Assembly: GCA_032718475.1 (NCBI GenBank) | Contig: JAUCBJ010000450.1 | Location: forward strand, 1-46,158 | DNA from: Nemertoderma westbladi | Taxonomy: Eukaryota > Animalia > Xenacoelomorpha | Direction of reading: 5' to 3' | DNA: 46,158 nt | In this document: positions 1-13,600 of the stretch, in pieces | Layout: every line of letters starts with the position of its first letter | Numbering within the stretch: the stretch's first letter is position 1 | Notes under the pieces: model-generated | Told to the model about the DNA's origin: nothing | What the model saw: only the letters and a program-made list of their open reading frames with translations | Database searches by the model: none | Made by a program: the position numbers and the translations under genes

Positions 1-742
1 GACACAAGCCGATCCCAAATCGTCCCATAAATTCTACTCGCCAGCGCCACCCGCCACTCGCCACCACTATTATTTGATTAATAGAGGGTTATGATATTTT
101 GTTTGTTTTGGGGTTGGGAATTAAGTGCCCCCACTCGGCTATAGAGAGTACCTCTTGGTGGTTTCACTGGATGTATGGGCCAGTTCCGTTTACGTAAGGT
201 CCGTAGGACTACGAACATCACTCCGGCCCAAAGCCCGACGACGGCCACCTCGCTGAACTGGTTTCGGAAAATTAATGATAGCCTTTTTTAGAGAGCTGGA
301 GGTTATCTCGAGAACTAGGCCAAAACCACCAATAAAATGTTCCTAGACCCCCCCCCCAAATTTAATTATAAGACTTTTAGTGAAACTCGGCGACTCGTGA
401 ATCTCGACGGTTCTCCGGCTAGAGCCAATTTGAGTCAAAAAGTCAGCCTCCTTAGCAACCTCGTTGCTATGGAGCTACAGCCAAAACGGCTAATGCTACG
501 GAGTTGGGACCGGCGCCAATCGATAGGCAGCATATGGGTTTACATTGAAAAGTGTTATTTTTAAAAGCGCCCGATCATGATCTTGGCCGCGATCAGTAAA
601 GATCAGTTTTGATCTGCAATCGGACACTCAAGGCTTGCTCCAATCGAAAAACTTAACATTACAAAAAGATTCAGCGACCCCACATTAGTCATGATTCCCG
701 TTAAAAGAATTTCAAAAAAGTGAATTCTTCCTGATCAAAACG

Positions 743-1663
743 CAAGATCATGATCGCGCAAAGATCGGACTTTGTAAAATCGTAACTAAGCATTTTGGAT
801 ATAAACAATTACTGTAGGAAACGTTCAGAACACCGCCCTAAGTCGATTAAAAAAAAAATTGGTTCGATCGGACAACCGGTTCTCGAGATCTGATACCTGA
901 TCATTAAAGATCGTATTTTTCGGTTTTTTCAAATTTTCTCGAAAACTTTGTTTGAGACCCCCGATTTTTTTTTTACGAATCGACTTCTATGGTGAAGGGG
1001 CACCTTTTGTGCATTTCGAAATTTCCAAAAAGCGATTTGATCAGGCCGTGATCAGAAAAGATCGTGTTTTCGGTTTTATTTCGAAGACCAAGTCCTGTGA
1101 GTTCACCGTATGGAAAAACTTAACATCACAAAAAGATTCCTCACCCTCGACTTAGGGGGGGTAGCCAAAATTTGGGCATAAAAAAGTTCAAGTCTAGTGG
1201 GTCAAAACTCAAGATCATGATCGCGAAAAGATCAGTACTTTTAAAATCGAATCTAAGCATTTTTCTAATAAACATTCATTGTAGGAAATGTTTACTGGAC
1301 CATTCTGAGTTGATTAAAAAAAAAATTGGCTCGATCGGACCAATGGTTCTCGAGATCTGATACCTGATCATAAGAGATCGTGTTTTTTTAGTTTTTTTGA
1401 ATTTTCTCGAAAACTTTGTTTGAGACCCCCGATTTTTTTTTTACAAATCGACTCCAATGGTGAAGGGGCAACGTTTGTGCATTTCGAAATTTTCAAAAAG
1501 CGATTTGATCAGGCCGTGATCAGAAAAGATCGTGTTTTCGGTTTTATTTCGAAGACCAAGTCCTGTGAGTTCACCGTATGGAAAAACTTAACATTACAAA
1601 AAGATTCCTCACCCTCGAATTATGGGGGGTAGCCAAAATTTGGGCATAAAAAAGTTCAATTCT
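743..1663. repeat. Two tandem ~467-bp GATC-rich copies (plus a degenerate upstream part), probably the internal array of a non-autonomous transposon
   Basis: CAAGATCATGATCGCG at 743 and 1210. The duplicated small ORFs at 952 and 1420 are 468 bp apart. Confidence 0.85.
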
Positions 1664-3124
1664 ATCAACGCAGAGTACTACTACAGTAGGCCTAGTCAGT
1701 CATACCGTAGATGGTGCACACTGCACAACTTGTACTCGTAGGCCTACAGCTACAATCACAAGTATCCTTTACGAAGGCCGAATTATTATTCATAGCTAAG
1801 AAATATACCGACAACTGAAACAGCCCTATGCATCCTTATGCATATTCTGCATAAATTTATTATACAGTGGCTAAGCAATGCAATATTGTTCGTCAACAAA
1901 TCAAAGAAATCACTCGAGGCGATTTCTGAGCTTTATAATCCCTGGGGATGCAGCACACTGAGCCTACCACCGCGACCGCCACCGGCTAAAATCCCTTGTC
2001 GGTTGGATTAATTTATATAAATTAGCTCCCGAGGAAAGTAGGTAGCAGCTAAGTGTGTCAGTGGTGTGTCAAAATGGAGGAGAATCTGATTACCGAGTAG
2101 TATTTCGGACAAAGTGGGGTCACATTGGCAATTTAATTAGCAGCACTGCCTACAGTTGTTGTGTATAATGGGTGGGTATTGGCTCAGGCTCGTAGAGGAA
2201 CCGTGAATAACCCTGTGTCCCAGGCGAGTTAGCCCCCATCCCCGAAAATAATATGCACCCCTGCCCTCTAATCGCCTAGCGATAGTATACAGTGTAGCCC
2301 TACCGTATAACAACAGAACTGTGGCTAAATCAACACATTGATTTTGATTTATATACAGTAGGTTTATTGTTTATACTGTATTTGTGTTAGTAGGCCACGC
2401 CCAAACCCTACTTAAAACTACCATGTAAACCCTACTGTACTCTAAGAGACTCCAATCTTCTAAATAATTTTATTCTGGACATCAGGCCTACCATTATTGG
2501 TGTTTTTTCAGGCATCTATATTCCATCAATAGAGTTCGTAAAACTTCTTCAGACATACAGTATTTCATTTTCATCAGAGTTTTAATTAGCATTTCTGGCT
2601 GCCACTCTTGTAACCTTGGATGTAAATGCTCACATATGAAGCTAGAAGAGGGGTGGGGGGGGGGGGGGTGGGTTATGAGGAGATTACCTGCACCTGTGAC
2701 ACCGGCAGTTGTATCCAAAGAAAGTCGTAAGGCAGATTCGTTTACTTCCATTTGTGTTCCAAACGGTACATGTTCCATTGTAACGTATGGAACACCAATG
2801 AGCAATTTAGTGGTGCAGTGTATGTTTATCGACAATTATTAAATAAAACAATAAGTCAAACAATAAGTCATAAGTCATGAAAAAAGCAATTTAATTTGCA
2901 AGAAATAAAAATTACAGTAAAATATTAACATCTGCTCAACAATATTAATTAACCTTTAACATTATTGTACTTGATTGTGGTGATTCTGTGTGGGTGTGTG
3001 GATGCGTGCTGATATTTTCCAAGCTGATATTTTCCATGATTGAATTTTGTAAACGAGATTTATGGATCGAGGACAATTATTCAACAATTGTCTTTCCAAT
3101 TCCCAAAAATAAAGTTTCAAAAAA

Positions 3125-3312
3125 AGACTACTGTAAGAAAAGCGAACCGACGGGCGAAACCGGAGGCGACCCGAAGGCTCCTCTTTCGATAGCGACTACC
3201 CATCCGAAGGTAGTGGGCGCTACTACTATCGCAAATTTTGCTCCCAATAATTTAACTGGTCCGCATTTTAATAACCGCAGTGAAAGGCGAAGTGAACTGC
3301 GCCCGAACCTAC
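3125..3312 (-). mobile_element. SINE fragment (3' part)
   Basis: GGCGACCCGAAGGCTCCTCTTTCGATAGCGACTAC...GGGCGCTACT resembles a SINE body I recall from marine invertebrates. GC-rich block in AT-rich DNA. No tRNA head seen. Confidence 0.5.
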
Positions 3313-6300
3313 AGTAAAACCAATAAACTTTAAGCTGGACTCTCAAAATTATACTAGTACTCTAACCCAGGACTATTGTTCACAATTCATAGACTGATAG
3401 ACCACGCCTGATTAGAGAATGCCATTGAAAAAAAACATAAGGGCCCTTAAATGGTAGACAACGGATAGCAGAAGCCAATGTCGTAAATATTCATTCCAAA
3501 AGAACATGTGATAATTATTTGAATTTAATTTGAGGTGAACCAGTATTGTGATAAGCAAGGAGTTACATTTTACTACTGTATGTTACCTCGACTCGTCTAC
3601 CCAGACAGCCGTACTATCGACTCGGCTACTATGCAGATAGGCAGAGGGTGGAGGTCACCTTCACAACTCGACCTTCACAAATAATTGGAAAATGAGTTAA
3701 TCATATTGGTTGTCTGGCTTGGCTTGCTGCATAGCTCAAGGGCTTTCCACCCATCATCATAATGTAGTCGTATCGTATACAGTAATTAGTGTGTATTGTT
3801 AATAATATTTTAAATATATTATCTATCCTCTGCTGAAATAATTTATACCGTGACACACTTGCCATACCCCTTTTTAGCAATTTTTACCTATATAAGTTGT
3901 AACCATAATGATATTTTTAGACTTTTACTTAATTTTTACATTATTTCACTTATGAGCCATAATTATACTGATACCATATTTTATTTTATGCTGTGTTTCC
4001 AAATGTTTGGAAGAAATTAATATTTATATTATTAATAGGCCTAATATTTTAATTATTTTAGACACAGCACGGATTCTTACGAATGTAAATATTATTATGT
4101 TACTTTCTTTTTGTATAATTAAATAAAATAATTAAATTAAAATTACTTAAAGTCCCGCCGGGATATACATACAGTACCGTACAGTATGTACATACAGTGT
4201 TCCATATCATGTTTAATAATGTTTAAAGTGTATAAAAAAATGTTTAAATAAATGTTTAAAGGAAAACGTTAGCAAAATAAGTGGATTTAAAATAAGCAAC
4301 GTCTCAATTTCATGTAATAAATACAAAATAGTAAATTATTACTGCATTATTTACAATTTTAATTAACATTCACTTTTATTTTCAATTACAGTAGATTTAT
4401 CTGAAATCATTCACAAGTTCAGTATTCACAAGGCTAGGTAAATGGTTTTTTTTTACGTAATTGTTGTGTCTAATATGGTTGACAAATATATTTTCAAAAT
4501 GATATCACAATCAAAGTCACACATTACTGTATTTCTCAGTATGTCACTACCCAACGCGTTTACGGTTTCACTGCAGTAATGTTAGTGTTCTGGGGTTTGT
4601 CTTCTCCCCAGTTTGTGTACAGGTCACCACCATACCGGTATGCAGTGAACTAAACAGCTTCATTTATTCGGTTTATTATTGGGGTGCATTTGCGAGCTAG
4701 AATGAGAGGGCTTTCAGATATTATCCGTCAATAACGGAAATAGTGTTAAATAGAAAAGAAACTACGTAATATCAATTGTTGATGGACCACCCCTTTAAAT
4801 TAATATTCCTCTGGTGTATCACACATGTTACTACATATTCCATTTTCGGCTATTGTGGATAAGAAGGCACTGATATACTTACTGTTGTCATTTACTTTAA
4901 TGTTAAGGTAAAGTAAGTAAATATGTCCGCCAAAATATCAGTGTATTTATTTATTTCCTTACTGTAAACAGTTTAATTTAGATTTGTACTTAATAATATA
5001 AATTTATATTGCATTTTTTATTTGCGCTATTGTTTTCGATTAACAATTTATTGTTTAATAAACTAGAAAGATATGAATGGGCGATCCAGAGTGAAACCTT
5101 GAGATTATGTCTGATTAGTATTGATCTTTTGAAATAATATAACTTTTTACCACATCTATTTCAGAAAAGTGTATAAGTAGGCCTATGTATAATAACTCTT
5201 TGATTCAAGCAATGTTGCAATGCAATTTGATTCAAAATACAAAAAGATAATTAATTAGTATGGGTATCATTGATACACGATTGAAACCAAAGCACCACTA
5301 CTGCCTAGGCTTTGATGAATGAATCAACCAGAAATGATATTAAGATAATTAAAATGTAATTAATACCAAAATATTATTGGTCAATAACGATATTAATTAA
5401 TTACAACAGCTACTAGATTTCAGCTGTATAGATTACAATGCACAGTTAATATTTGCTTAGAGTCTAAGAGATAGTGACAGAGCAATAAGCAGCCTTATGT
5501 CATAAGCGAAAATGTGGAAAAATTTTCTCTGCTCGCCATTGTATATAGTATAAGTGCAATCTATCAAGTGTAAAATGTGTAAAATAGATTTTATATAGTT
5601 ATACAGCATACTGTTAGATATATAATATTTAAGAAAACAACGTCATAATAGAAAAGTTTAAATTATTGAAGGTAGGGGGGGGGGGGGGGGGGGGGCGCCA
5701 TCTCAGCTTCATTCCTCTGGGCGCCAGAAGGGCTCGCTACGCCTCTGCTCTCACCCACTCCATGATTTCGGTTAAATCTTTGGTGTTGGGGTGCTTCGCA
5801 GCCTTATACCATACGTATACAGTATGTCTGTCTATATGGCAAATAAATTTCAATGAAAGGCCCTAATTATCAACACGTACGCGTTGCTATGCAAGTCCGA
5901 GCGGGATTTTTAAATTGCGTAATTGATACAGGCCTAATGGCATCTGTAGGTACTGTCGCGTCTGACAGACTGTTGCAAAGATTCAGAGATGTGTATGTCC
6001 ATTTAAATAACAGCGGAACAGGTCATGATGACATGACAAGGACCTAGCCTTCAAAATTATCGTAGGCTGATGTTATGGTATTGGTATGGTACCTACTGTA
6101 CCTAACACCTAACTACATACCGGTACCGAAGCTACATACCGTTGGTTATAGGCAAATGCGAGGGGCCTGGTAATATCATGCGGGCCGCAGACGAGTTTCT
6201 CACTCCGGTCACCTTGGAGTGCGGCAGGAAGAGTCCGGTCCGACATACGTCTACGAGGATAGAGGATTGTGATCTGGGTTTAGGAGCGGCGGCCCGGATC

Positions 6301-6544
6301 GCCGGGGGAAGTGGTTGAACGTCGGGCAGGGGTGTTTAGTTTAGACAAAAGCACATGCCGACATATCTAGAAGCAGTACAGTACAGCAGTAGAGTACCGG
6401 TATATTTAACCAAGTTTATTTATAAGGTAAGATCTTAGATCCTGAATGGCAGATATTCTTTACATTCTACATTTTACTTTCGCTTTTATGATTTACCTTT
6501 GTATTTGTATTGTCATTTTCATTTTAAGCGGATGAAAATGCGAT

Positions 6545-6812
6545 ATTATAATAATAATAATATAATAATATTGGTTATTTATATAGCGCTTTTCTACGCT
6601 CAGCATACTCATAGCGCTTTTAATATCATTACCCCAGCAAAGCCAGGTTCCCATTATACCGCTGGGTTGACGTAGGCACTAATGTCTAAATTGTCTTGCC
6701 TAGGGATACAACAGTGCGAAATTTGTACAGCCTTTAGTCGGATTCGAACCTGCGCCAGCAAACACTATTGTGTAAGCAATTCAGGCGCCGTATCCACTCG
6801 GACACTGCGACA
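6545..6812 (-). mobile_element. tRNA-derived SINE with L2-type 3' tail
   Basis: Minus strand: A box TGTCCGAGTGG, B box GGTTCGAATCC, body, then AAGCGCTATGAG...AAAAGCGCTATATAAAT and (ATT)n tail. Confidence 0.85.
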
Positions 6813-7486
6813 TTACACCAATTACACCGCAGTGATTCTTCAAATTTGTAGTGATTTGTTGGTAATGTTATAAAACTGGACATTCAGGGATTCCGAATAT
6901 GTAACATAATTTTGATTCCATTGAATACTTGCTGAGATACTTTAGAGTTTTGAAAGTTGCTTGGTTTTGCATCTGTGCGGGGCTATTTTATTAAATTCAA
7001 TAGATAGGCATTAGGGTGTATTACAATGGAACATTTTATTTTTATCTCGAGTATCTGGGCAACAATGCAATACCTCTGTAATAATACTTGAAGGTGGCAG
7101 CTATAGATAGATACGTACATAAACAAAAATGTTCCAGACTATGGCCGTTCGAACGCCCATATCTCAGCTATTTTTCAACGAAATTCAATTGTATATTCAA
7201 TTTAGATTCCTTACATGATCAGCTTTCATAATACCAACAAATCTCTCTAAGATTGAAGAATAACTTGTGAAATAGGCCTAATATCATCGGAGACCCTTTT
7301 ATCAAACGCTTGTACGTATAGTTAAAGAATGAAAGCAAAAATTTAAATTCTGACTGAATTTGCAGAATTTGTGAATTTACAGAAAGGCACGGAAACTAAA
7401 AATACTTACTCAACAGAAGGAAAATTGAAGGGGGGTGAGCATACTTTTAAATTTCATGAGAATCAATTTAAAATTTATATTTTTAG

Positions 7487-7625
7487 AAAAGCCATTAACT
7501 TAGGAATTCATGACGCATCCAACAATAGCGGTGTGACGTCATCAACACAAATAATCTTTACACCCGAAGCTTTGAAAACTGCGGACCCGAGGGAGATTAT
7601 AACTCAAGCAAAGATAGATTGGACT
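7487..7625 (+). CDS. DGKZ: Diacylglycerol kinase type IV (zeta/iota-like), internal coding exon A: (R)KAINLGIHDASNN...IITQAKIDWT
   Basis: Acceptor ttttag|A AAA GCC ATT (phase 2) and donor GAT TGG ACT|gtaagt (phase 0). The ends match the recalled vertebrate DGKZ segment R-KAITKS...STVDWS that directly precedes ESATYGEHIW. Splices in frame to exon 38929 giving IDWT-DNSRLGEHLW. The middle of the exon is poorly conserved. Confidence 0.82.
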
Positions 7626-10600
7626 GTAAGTTATTATTGGTCAGTTACTTATAGGATTGTAAGTTGCTATTGGTCAGTTACTTATTGGAAAGTAAGTTGC
7701 TATTGGTCAGTTACTTATTGGATTGTAAGTTGCTATTGGTCAGTTACTTATTGGAAAGTAAGTTGCTATTGGTCAGTTACTTATTGGACTGTAAGTTGCT
7801 ATTGGTCAGTTACTTATTGGAAAGTAAGTTGTTATTGGTCAGTTACTTATTGGAAAGTAAGTTGCTATTGGTCAGTTACTTATTGGATTGTAAGTTGTTA
7901 TTGCAGTTACTTATTGGATTGTAAGTTGTTATTGGTCAGTTACTTATTGGATTGTAAGTTGTTATTGGTCAGTTACTTATTGGATTGTAAGTTGTTATTG
8001 GTCAGTTACTTATTGGATTGTAAGTTGTTATTGGTCAGTTACTTATTGGATTGTAAGTTGTTATTGGTCAGTTACTTATTGGATTGTAAGTTGTTATTGG
8101 TCAGTTACTTATTGGATTGTAAGTTGTTATTGGTCAGTTACTTATTGGATTGTAAGTTGTTATTGGTCAGTTACTTATTGGATTGTAAGTTGTTATTGGT
8201 CAGTTACTTATTGGATTGTAAGTTGTTATTGGTCAGTTACTTATTGGATTGTAAGTTGTTATTGGTCAGTTACTTATTGGATTGTAAGTTGTTATTGGTC
8301 AGTTACTTATTGGACTGTAAGTTGCTATTGGTCAGTTACTTATTGGACTGTAAGTTGTTATTGGTCAGTTACTTATTGGAAAGTAAGTTGTTATTGGTCA
8401 GTTACTTATTGGATTGTAAGTTGTTATTGGTCAGTTACTTATTGGATTGTAAGTTGTTATTGGTCAGTTACTTATTGGATTGTAAGTTGTTATTGGTCAG
8501 TTACTTATTGGACTGTAAGTTGTTATTGGTCAGTTACTTATTGGATTGTAAGTTGTTATTGGTCAGTTACTTATTGGACTGTAAGTTGTTATTGGTCAGT
8601 TACTTATTGGACTGTAAGTTGTTATTGGTCAGTTACTTATTGGATTGTAAGTTGCTATTGGTCAGTTACTTATTGGATTGTAAGTTGTTATTGGTCAGTT
8701 ACTTATTGGATTGTAAGTTGTTATTGGTCAGTTACTTATTGGACTGTAAGTTGTTATTGGTCAGTTACTTATTGGAAAGTAAGTTGCTATTGGTCAGTTA
8801 CTTATTGGACTGTAAGTTGTTATTGGTCAGTTACTTATTGGATTGTAAGTTGTTATTGGTCAGTTACTTATTGGACTGTAAGTTGCTATTGGTCAGTTAC
8901 TTATTGGAAAGTAAGTTGTTATTGGTCAGTTACTTATTGGAAAGTAAGTTGCTATTGGTCAGTTACTTATTGGACTGTAAGTTGTTATTGGTCAGTTACT
9001 TATTGGATTGTAAGTTGTTATTGGTCAGTTACTTATTGGACTGTAAGTTGTTATTGGTCAGTTACTTATTGGATTGTAAGTTGTTATTGGTCAGTTACTT
9101 ATTGGATTGTAAGTTGTTATTGGTGAGTTACTTATTGGATTGTAAGTTGCTATTGGTCAGTTACTTATTGGAAAGTAAGTTGTTATTGGTCAGTTACTTA
9201 TTGGATTGTAAGTTGTTATTGGTCAGTTACTTATTGGACTGTAAGTTGCTATTGGTCAGTTACTTATTGGAAAGTAAGTTGTTGGGTCAGTTACTTATTG
9301 GACTGTAAGTTGCTATTGGTCAGTTACTTATTGGAAAGTAAGTTGTTATTGGTCAGTTACTTATTGGACTGTAAGTTGCTATTGGTCAGTTACTTATTGG
9401 ACTGTAAGTTGTTATTGGTCAGTTACTTATTGGAAAGTAAGTTGCTATTGGTCAGTTACTTATTGGACTGTAAGTTGTTATTGGTCAGTTACTTATTGGA
9501 AAGTAAGTTGCTATTGGTCAGTTACTTATTGGACTGTAAGTTGTTATTGGTCAGTTACTTATTGGAAAGTAAGTTGCTATTGGTCAGTTACTTATTGGAC
9601 TGTAAGTTGTTATTGGTCAGTTACTTATTGGATTGTAAGTTGTTATTGGTCAGTTACTTATTGGATTGTAAGTTGTTATTGGTCAGTTACTTATTGGATT
9701 GTAAGTTGTTATTGGTCAGTTACTTATTGGAAAGTAAGTTGCTATTGGTCAGTTACTTATTGGACTGTAAGTTGTTATTGGTCAGTTACTTATTGGAAAG
9801 TAAGTTGTTATTGGTCAGTTACTTATTGGATTGTAAGTTGTTATTGGTCAGTTACTTATTGGATTGTAAGTTGTTATTGGTCAGTTACTTATTGGATTGT
9901 AAGTTGTTATTGGTCAGTTACTTATTGGATTGTAAGTTGTTATTGGTCAGTTACTTATTGGACTGTAAGTTGTTATTGGTCAGTTACTTATTAGATTGTA
10001 AGTTGTTATTGGTCAGTTACTTATTGGATTGTAAGTTGTTATTGGTGAGTTACTTATTGGACTGTAAGTTGTTATTGGTCAGTTACTTATTGGAAAGTAA
10101 GTTGCTATTGGTCAGTTACTTATTGGACTGTAAGTTGTTATTGGTCAGTTACTTATTGGATTGTAAGTTGTTATTGGTCAGTTACTTATTGGATTGTAAG
10201 TTGTTATTGGTCAGTTACTTATTGGATTGTAAGTTGTTATTGGTCAGTTACTTATTGGAAAGTAAGTTGCTATTGGTCAGTTACTTATTGGACTGTAAGT
10301 TGTTATTGGTCAGTTACTTATTGGAAAGTAAGTTGTTATTGGTCAGTTACTTATTGGATTGTAAGTTGTTATTGGTCAGTTACTTATTGGATTGTAAGTT
10401 GTTATTGGTCAGTTACTTATTGGATTGTAAGTTGTTATTGGTCAGTTACTTATTGGATTGTAAGTTGTTATTGGTCAGTTACTTATTGGACTGTAAGTTG
10501 TTATTGGTCAGTTACTTATTGGATTGTAAGTTGTTATTGGTCAGTTACTTATTGGATTGTAAGTTGTTATTGGTGAGTTACTTATTGGATTGTAAGTTGC

Positions 10601-13600
10601 TATTGGTCAGTTACTTATTGGAAAGTAAGTTGTTATTGGTCAGTTACTTATTGGATTGTAAGTTGTTATTGGTCAGTTACTTATTGGACTGTAAGTTGCT
10701 ATTGGTCAGTTACTTATTGGAAAGTAAGTTGTTGGGTCAGTTACTTATTGGACTGTAAGTTGCTATTGGTCAGTTACTTATTGGAAAGTAAGTTGTTATT
10801 GGTCAGTTACTTATTGGACTGTAAGTTGCTATTGGTCAGTTACTTATTGGACTGTAAGTTGTTATTGGTCAGTTACTTATTGGAAAGTAAGTTGCTATTG
10901 GTCAGTTACTTATTGGACTGTAAGTTGTTATTGGTCAGTTACTTATTGGAAAGTAAGTTGCTATTGGTCAGTTACTTATTGGACTGTAAGTTGTTATTGG
11001 TCAGTTACTTATTGGAAAGTAAGTTGCTATTGGTCAGTTACTTATTGGACTGTAAGTTGTTATTGGTCAGTTACTTATTGGATTGTAAGTTGTTATTGGT
11101 CAGTTACTTATTGGATTGTAAGTTGTTATTGGTCAGTTACTTATTGGATTGTAAGTTGTTATTGGTCAGTTACTTATTGGAAAGTAAGTTGCTATTGGTC
11201 AGTTACTTATTGGACTGTAAGTTGTTATTGGTCAGTTACTTATTGGAAAGTAAGTTGTTATTGGTCAGTTACTTATTGGATTGTAAGTTGTTATTGGTCA
11301 GTTACTTATTGGATTGTAAGTTGTTATTGGTCAGTTACTTATTGGATTGTAAGTTGTTATTGGTCAGTTACTTATTGGACTGTAAGTTGTTATTGGTCAG
11401 TTACTTATTGGATTGTAAGTTGTTATTGGTCAGTTACTTATTGGACTGTAAGTTGTTATTGGTCAGTTACTTATTGGACTGTAAGTTGTTATTGGTCAGT
11501 TACTTATTGGATTGTAAGTTGCTATTGGTCAGTTACTTATTGGATTGTAAGTTGTTATTGGTCAGTTACTTATTGGATTGTAAGTTGTTATTGGTCAGTT
11601 ACTTATTGGACTGTAAGTTGTTATTGGTCAGTTACTTATTGGAAAGTAAGTTGCTATTGGTCAGTTACTTATTGGACTGTAAGTTGTTATTGGTCAGTTA
11701 CTTATTGGATTGTAAGTTGTTATTGGTCAGTTACTTATTGGACTGTAAGTTGCTATTGGTCAGTTACTTATTGGAAAGTAAGTTGTTATTGGTCAGTTAC
11801 TTATTGGAAAGTAAGTTGCTATTGGTCAGTTACTTATTGGACTGTAAGTTGTTATTGGTCAGTTACTTATTGGATTGTAAGTTGTTATTGGTCAGTTACT
11901 TATTGGACTGTAAGTTGCTATTGGTCAGTTACTTATTGGAAAGTAAGTTGTTATTGGTCAGTTACTTATTGGACTGTAAGTTGCTATTGGTCAGTTACTT
12001 ATTGGAAAGTAAGTTGTTATTGGTCAGTTACTTATTGGACTGTAAGTTGCTATTGGTCAGTTACTTATTGGACTGTAAGTTGTTATTGGTCAGTTACTTA
12101 TTGGAAAGTAAGTTGCTATTGGTCAGTTACTTATTGGACTGTAAGTTGTTATTGGTCAGTTACTTATTGGAAAGTAAGTTGCTATTGGTCAGTTACTTAT
12201 TGGACTGTAAGTTGTTATTGGTCAGTTACTTATTGGAAAGTAAGTTGCTATTGGTCAGTTACTTATTGGACTGTAAGTTGTTATTGGTCAGTTACTTATT
12301 GGACTGTAAGTTGTTATTGGTCAGTTACTTATTGGAAAGTAAGTTGCTATTGGTCAGTTACTTATTGGACTGTAAGTTGTTATTGGTCAGTTACTTATTG
12401 GACTGTAAGTTGTTATTGGTCAGTTACTTATTGGATTGTAAGTTGCTATTGGTCAGTTACTTATTGGAAAAGTAAGTTGTTATTGGTCAGTTACTTATTG
12501 GAAAGTAAGTTGCTATTGGTCAGTTACTTATTGGACTGTAAGTTGTTATTGGTCAGTTACTTATTGGAAAGTAAGTTGCTATTGGTCAGTTACTTATTGG
12601 ACTGTAAGTTGTTATTGGTCAGTTACTTATTGGAAAGTAAGTTGCTATTGGTCAGTTACTTATTGGACTGTAAGTTGTTATTGGTCAGTTACTTATTGGA
12701 AAGTAAGTTGCTATTGGTCAGTTACTTATTGGACTGTAAGTTGTTATTGGTCAGTTACTTATTGGACTGTAAGTTGTTATTGGTCAGTTACTTATTGGAC
12801 TGTAAGTTGTTATTGGTCAGATACTTATTGGACTGTAAGTTGTTATTGGTCAGTTACTTATTGGATTGTAAGTTGCTATTGGTCAGTTACTTATTGGAAA
12901 AGTAAGTTGTTATTGGTCAGTTACTTATTGGAAAGTAAGTTGCTATTGGTCAGTTACTTATTGGACTGTAAGTTGTTATTGGTCAGTTACTTATTGGACT
13001 GTAAGTTGTTATTGGTCAGTTACTTATTGGATTGTAAGTTGCTATTGGTCAGTTACTTATTGGAAAAGTAAGTTGTTATTGGTCAGTTACTTATTGGAAA
13101 GTAAGTTGCTATTGGTCAGTTACTTATTGGACTGTAAGTTGCTATTGGTCAGTTACTTATTGGAAAGTAAGTTGCTATTGGTCAGTTACTTATTGGACTG
13201 TAAGTTGTTATTGGTCAGTTACTTATTGGATTGTAAGTTGTTATTGGTCAGTTACTTATTGGAAAGTAAGTTGCTATTGGTCAGTTACTTATTGGACTGT
13301 AAGTTGTTATTGGTCAGTTACTTATTGGATTGTAAGTTGTTATTGGTCAGTTACTTATTGGACTGTAAGTTGCTATTGGTCAGTTACTTATTGGAAAGTA
13401 AGTTGTTATTGGTCAGTTACTTATTGGACTGTAAGTTGCTATTGGTCAGTTACTTATTGGAAAGTAAGTTGTTATTGGTCAGTTACTTATTGGACTGTAA
13501 GTTGCTATTGGTCAGTTACTTATTGGAAAGTAAGTTGCTATTGGTCAGTTACTTATTGGACTGTAAGTTGTTATTGGTCAGTTACTTATTGGACTGTAAG

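Noticed and set aside
337-1632. Small ORFs including the duplicated pair at 952 and 1420
   Set aside because: They lie in a tandemly repeated non-coding element and show no recognisable domain.
3140-3312. Self-cleaving ribozyme in the GC-rich, GAAA-containing stretch
   Set aside because: No CTGANGA core found in a suitable arrangement. Better explained as SINE sequence.
2494-3346. ORFs of 68-113 aa
   Set aside because: No recognisable homology. They cross a poly-G tract or the SINE fragment.
6730-6812. Genuine tRNA genes here and at ~44955-45043
   Set aside because: A and B boxes are present, but there is no convincing cloverleaf or acceptor stem and both continue into SINE bodies.
7371-7486. 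N-terminus of the 645-aa ORF as coding
   Set aside because: GTG start and lies upstream of the ttttag acceptor at 7486, so it is most likely intronic.
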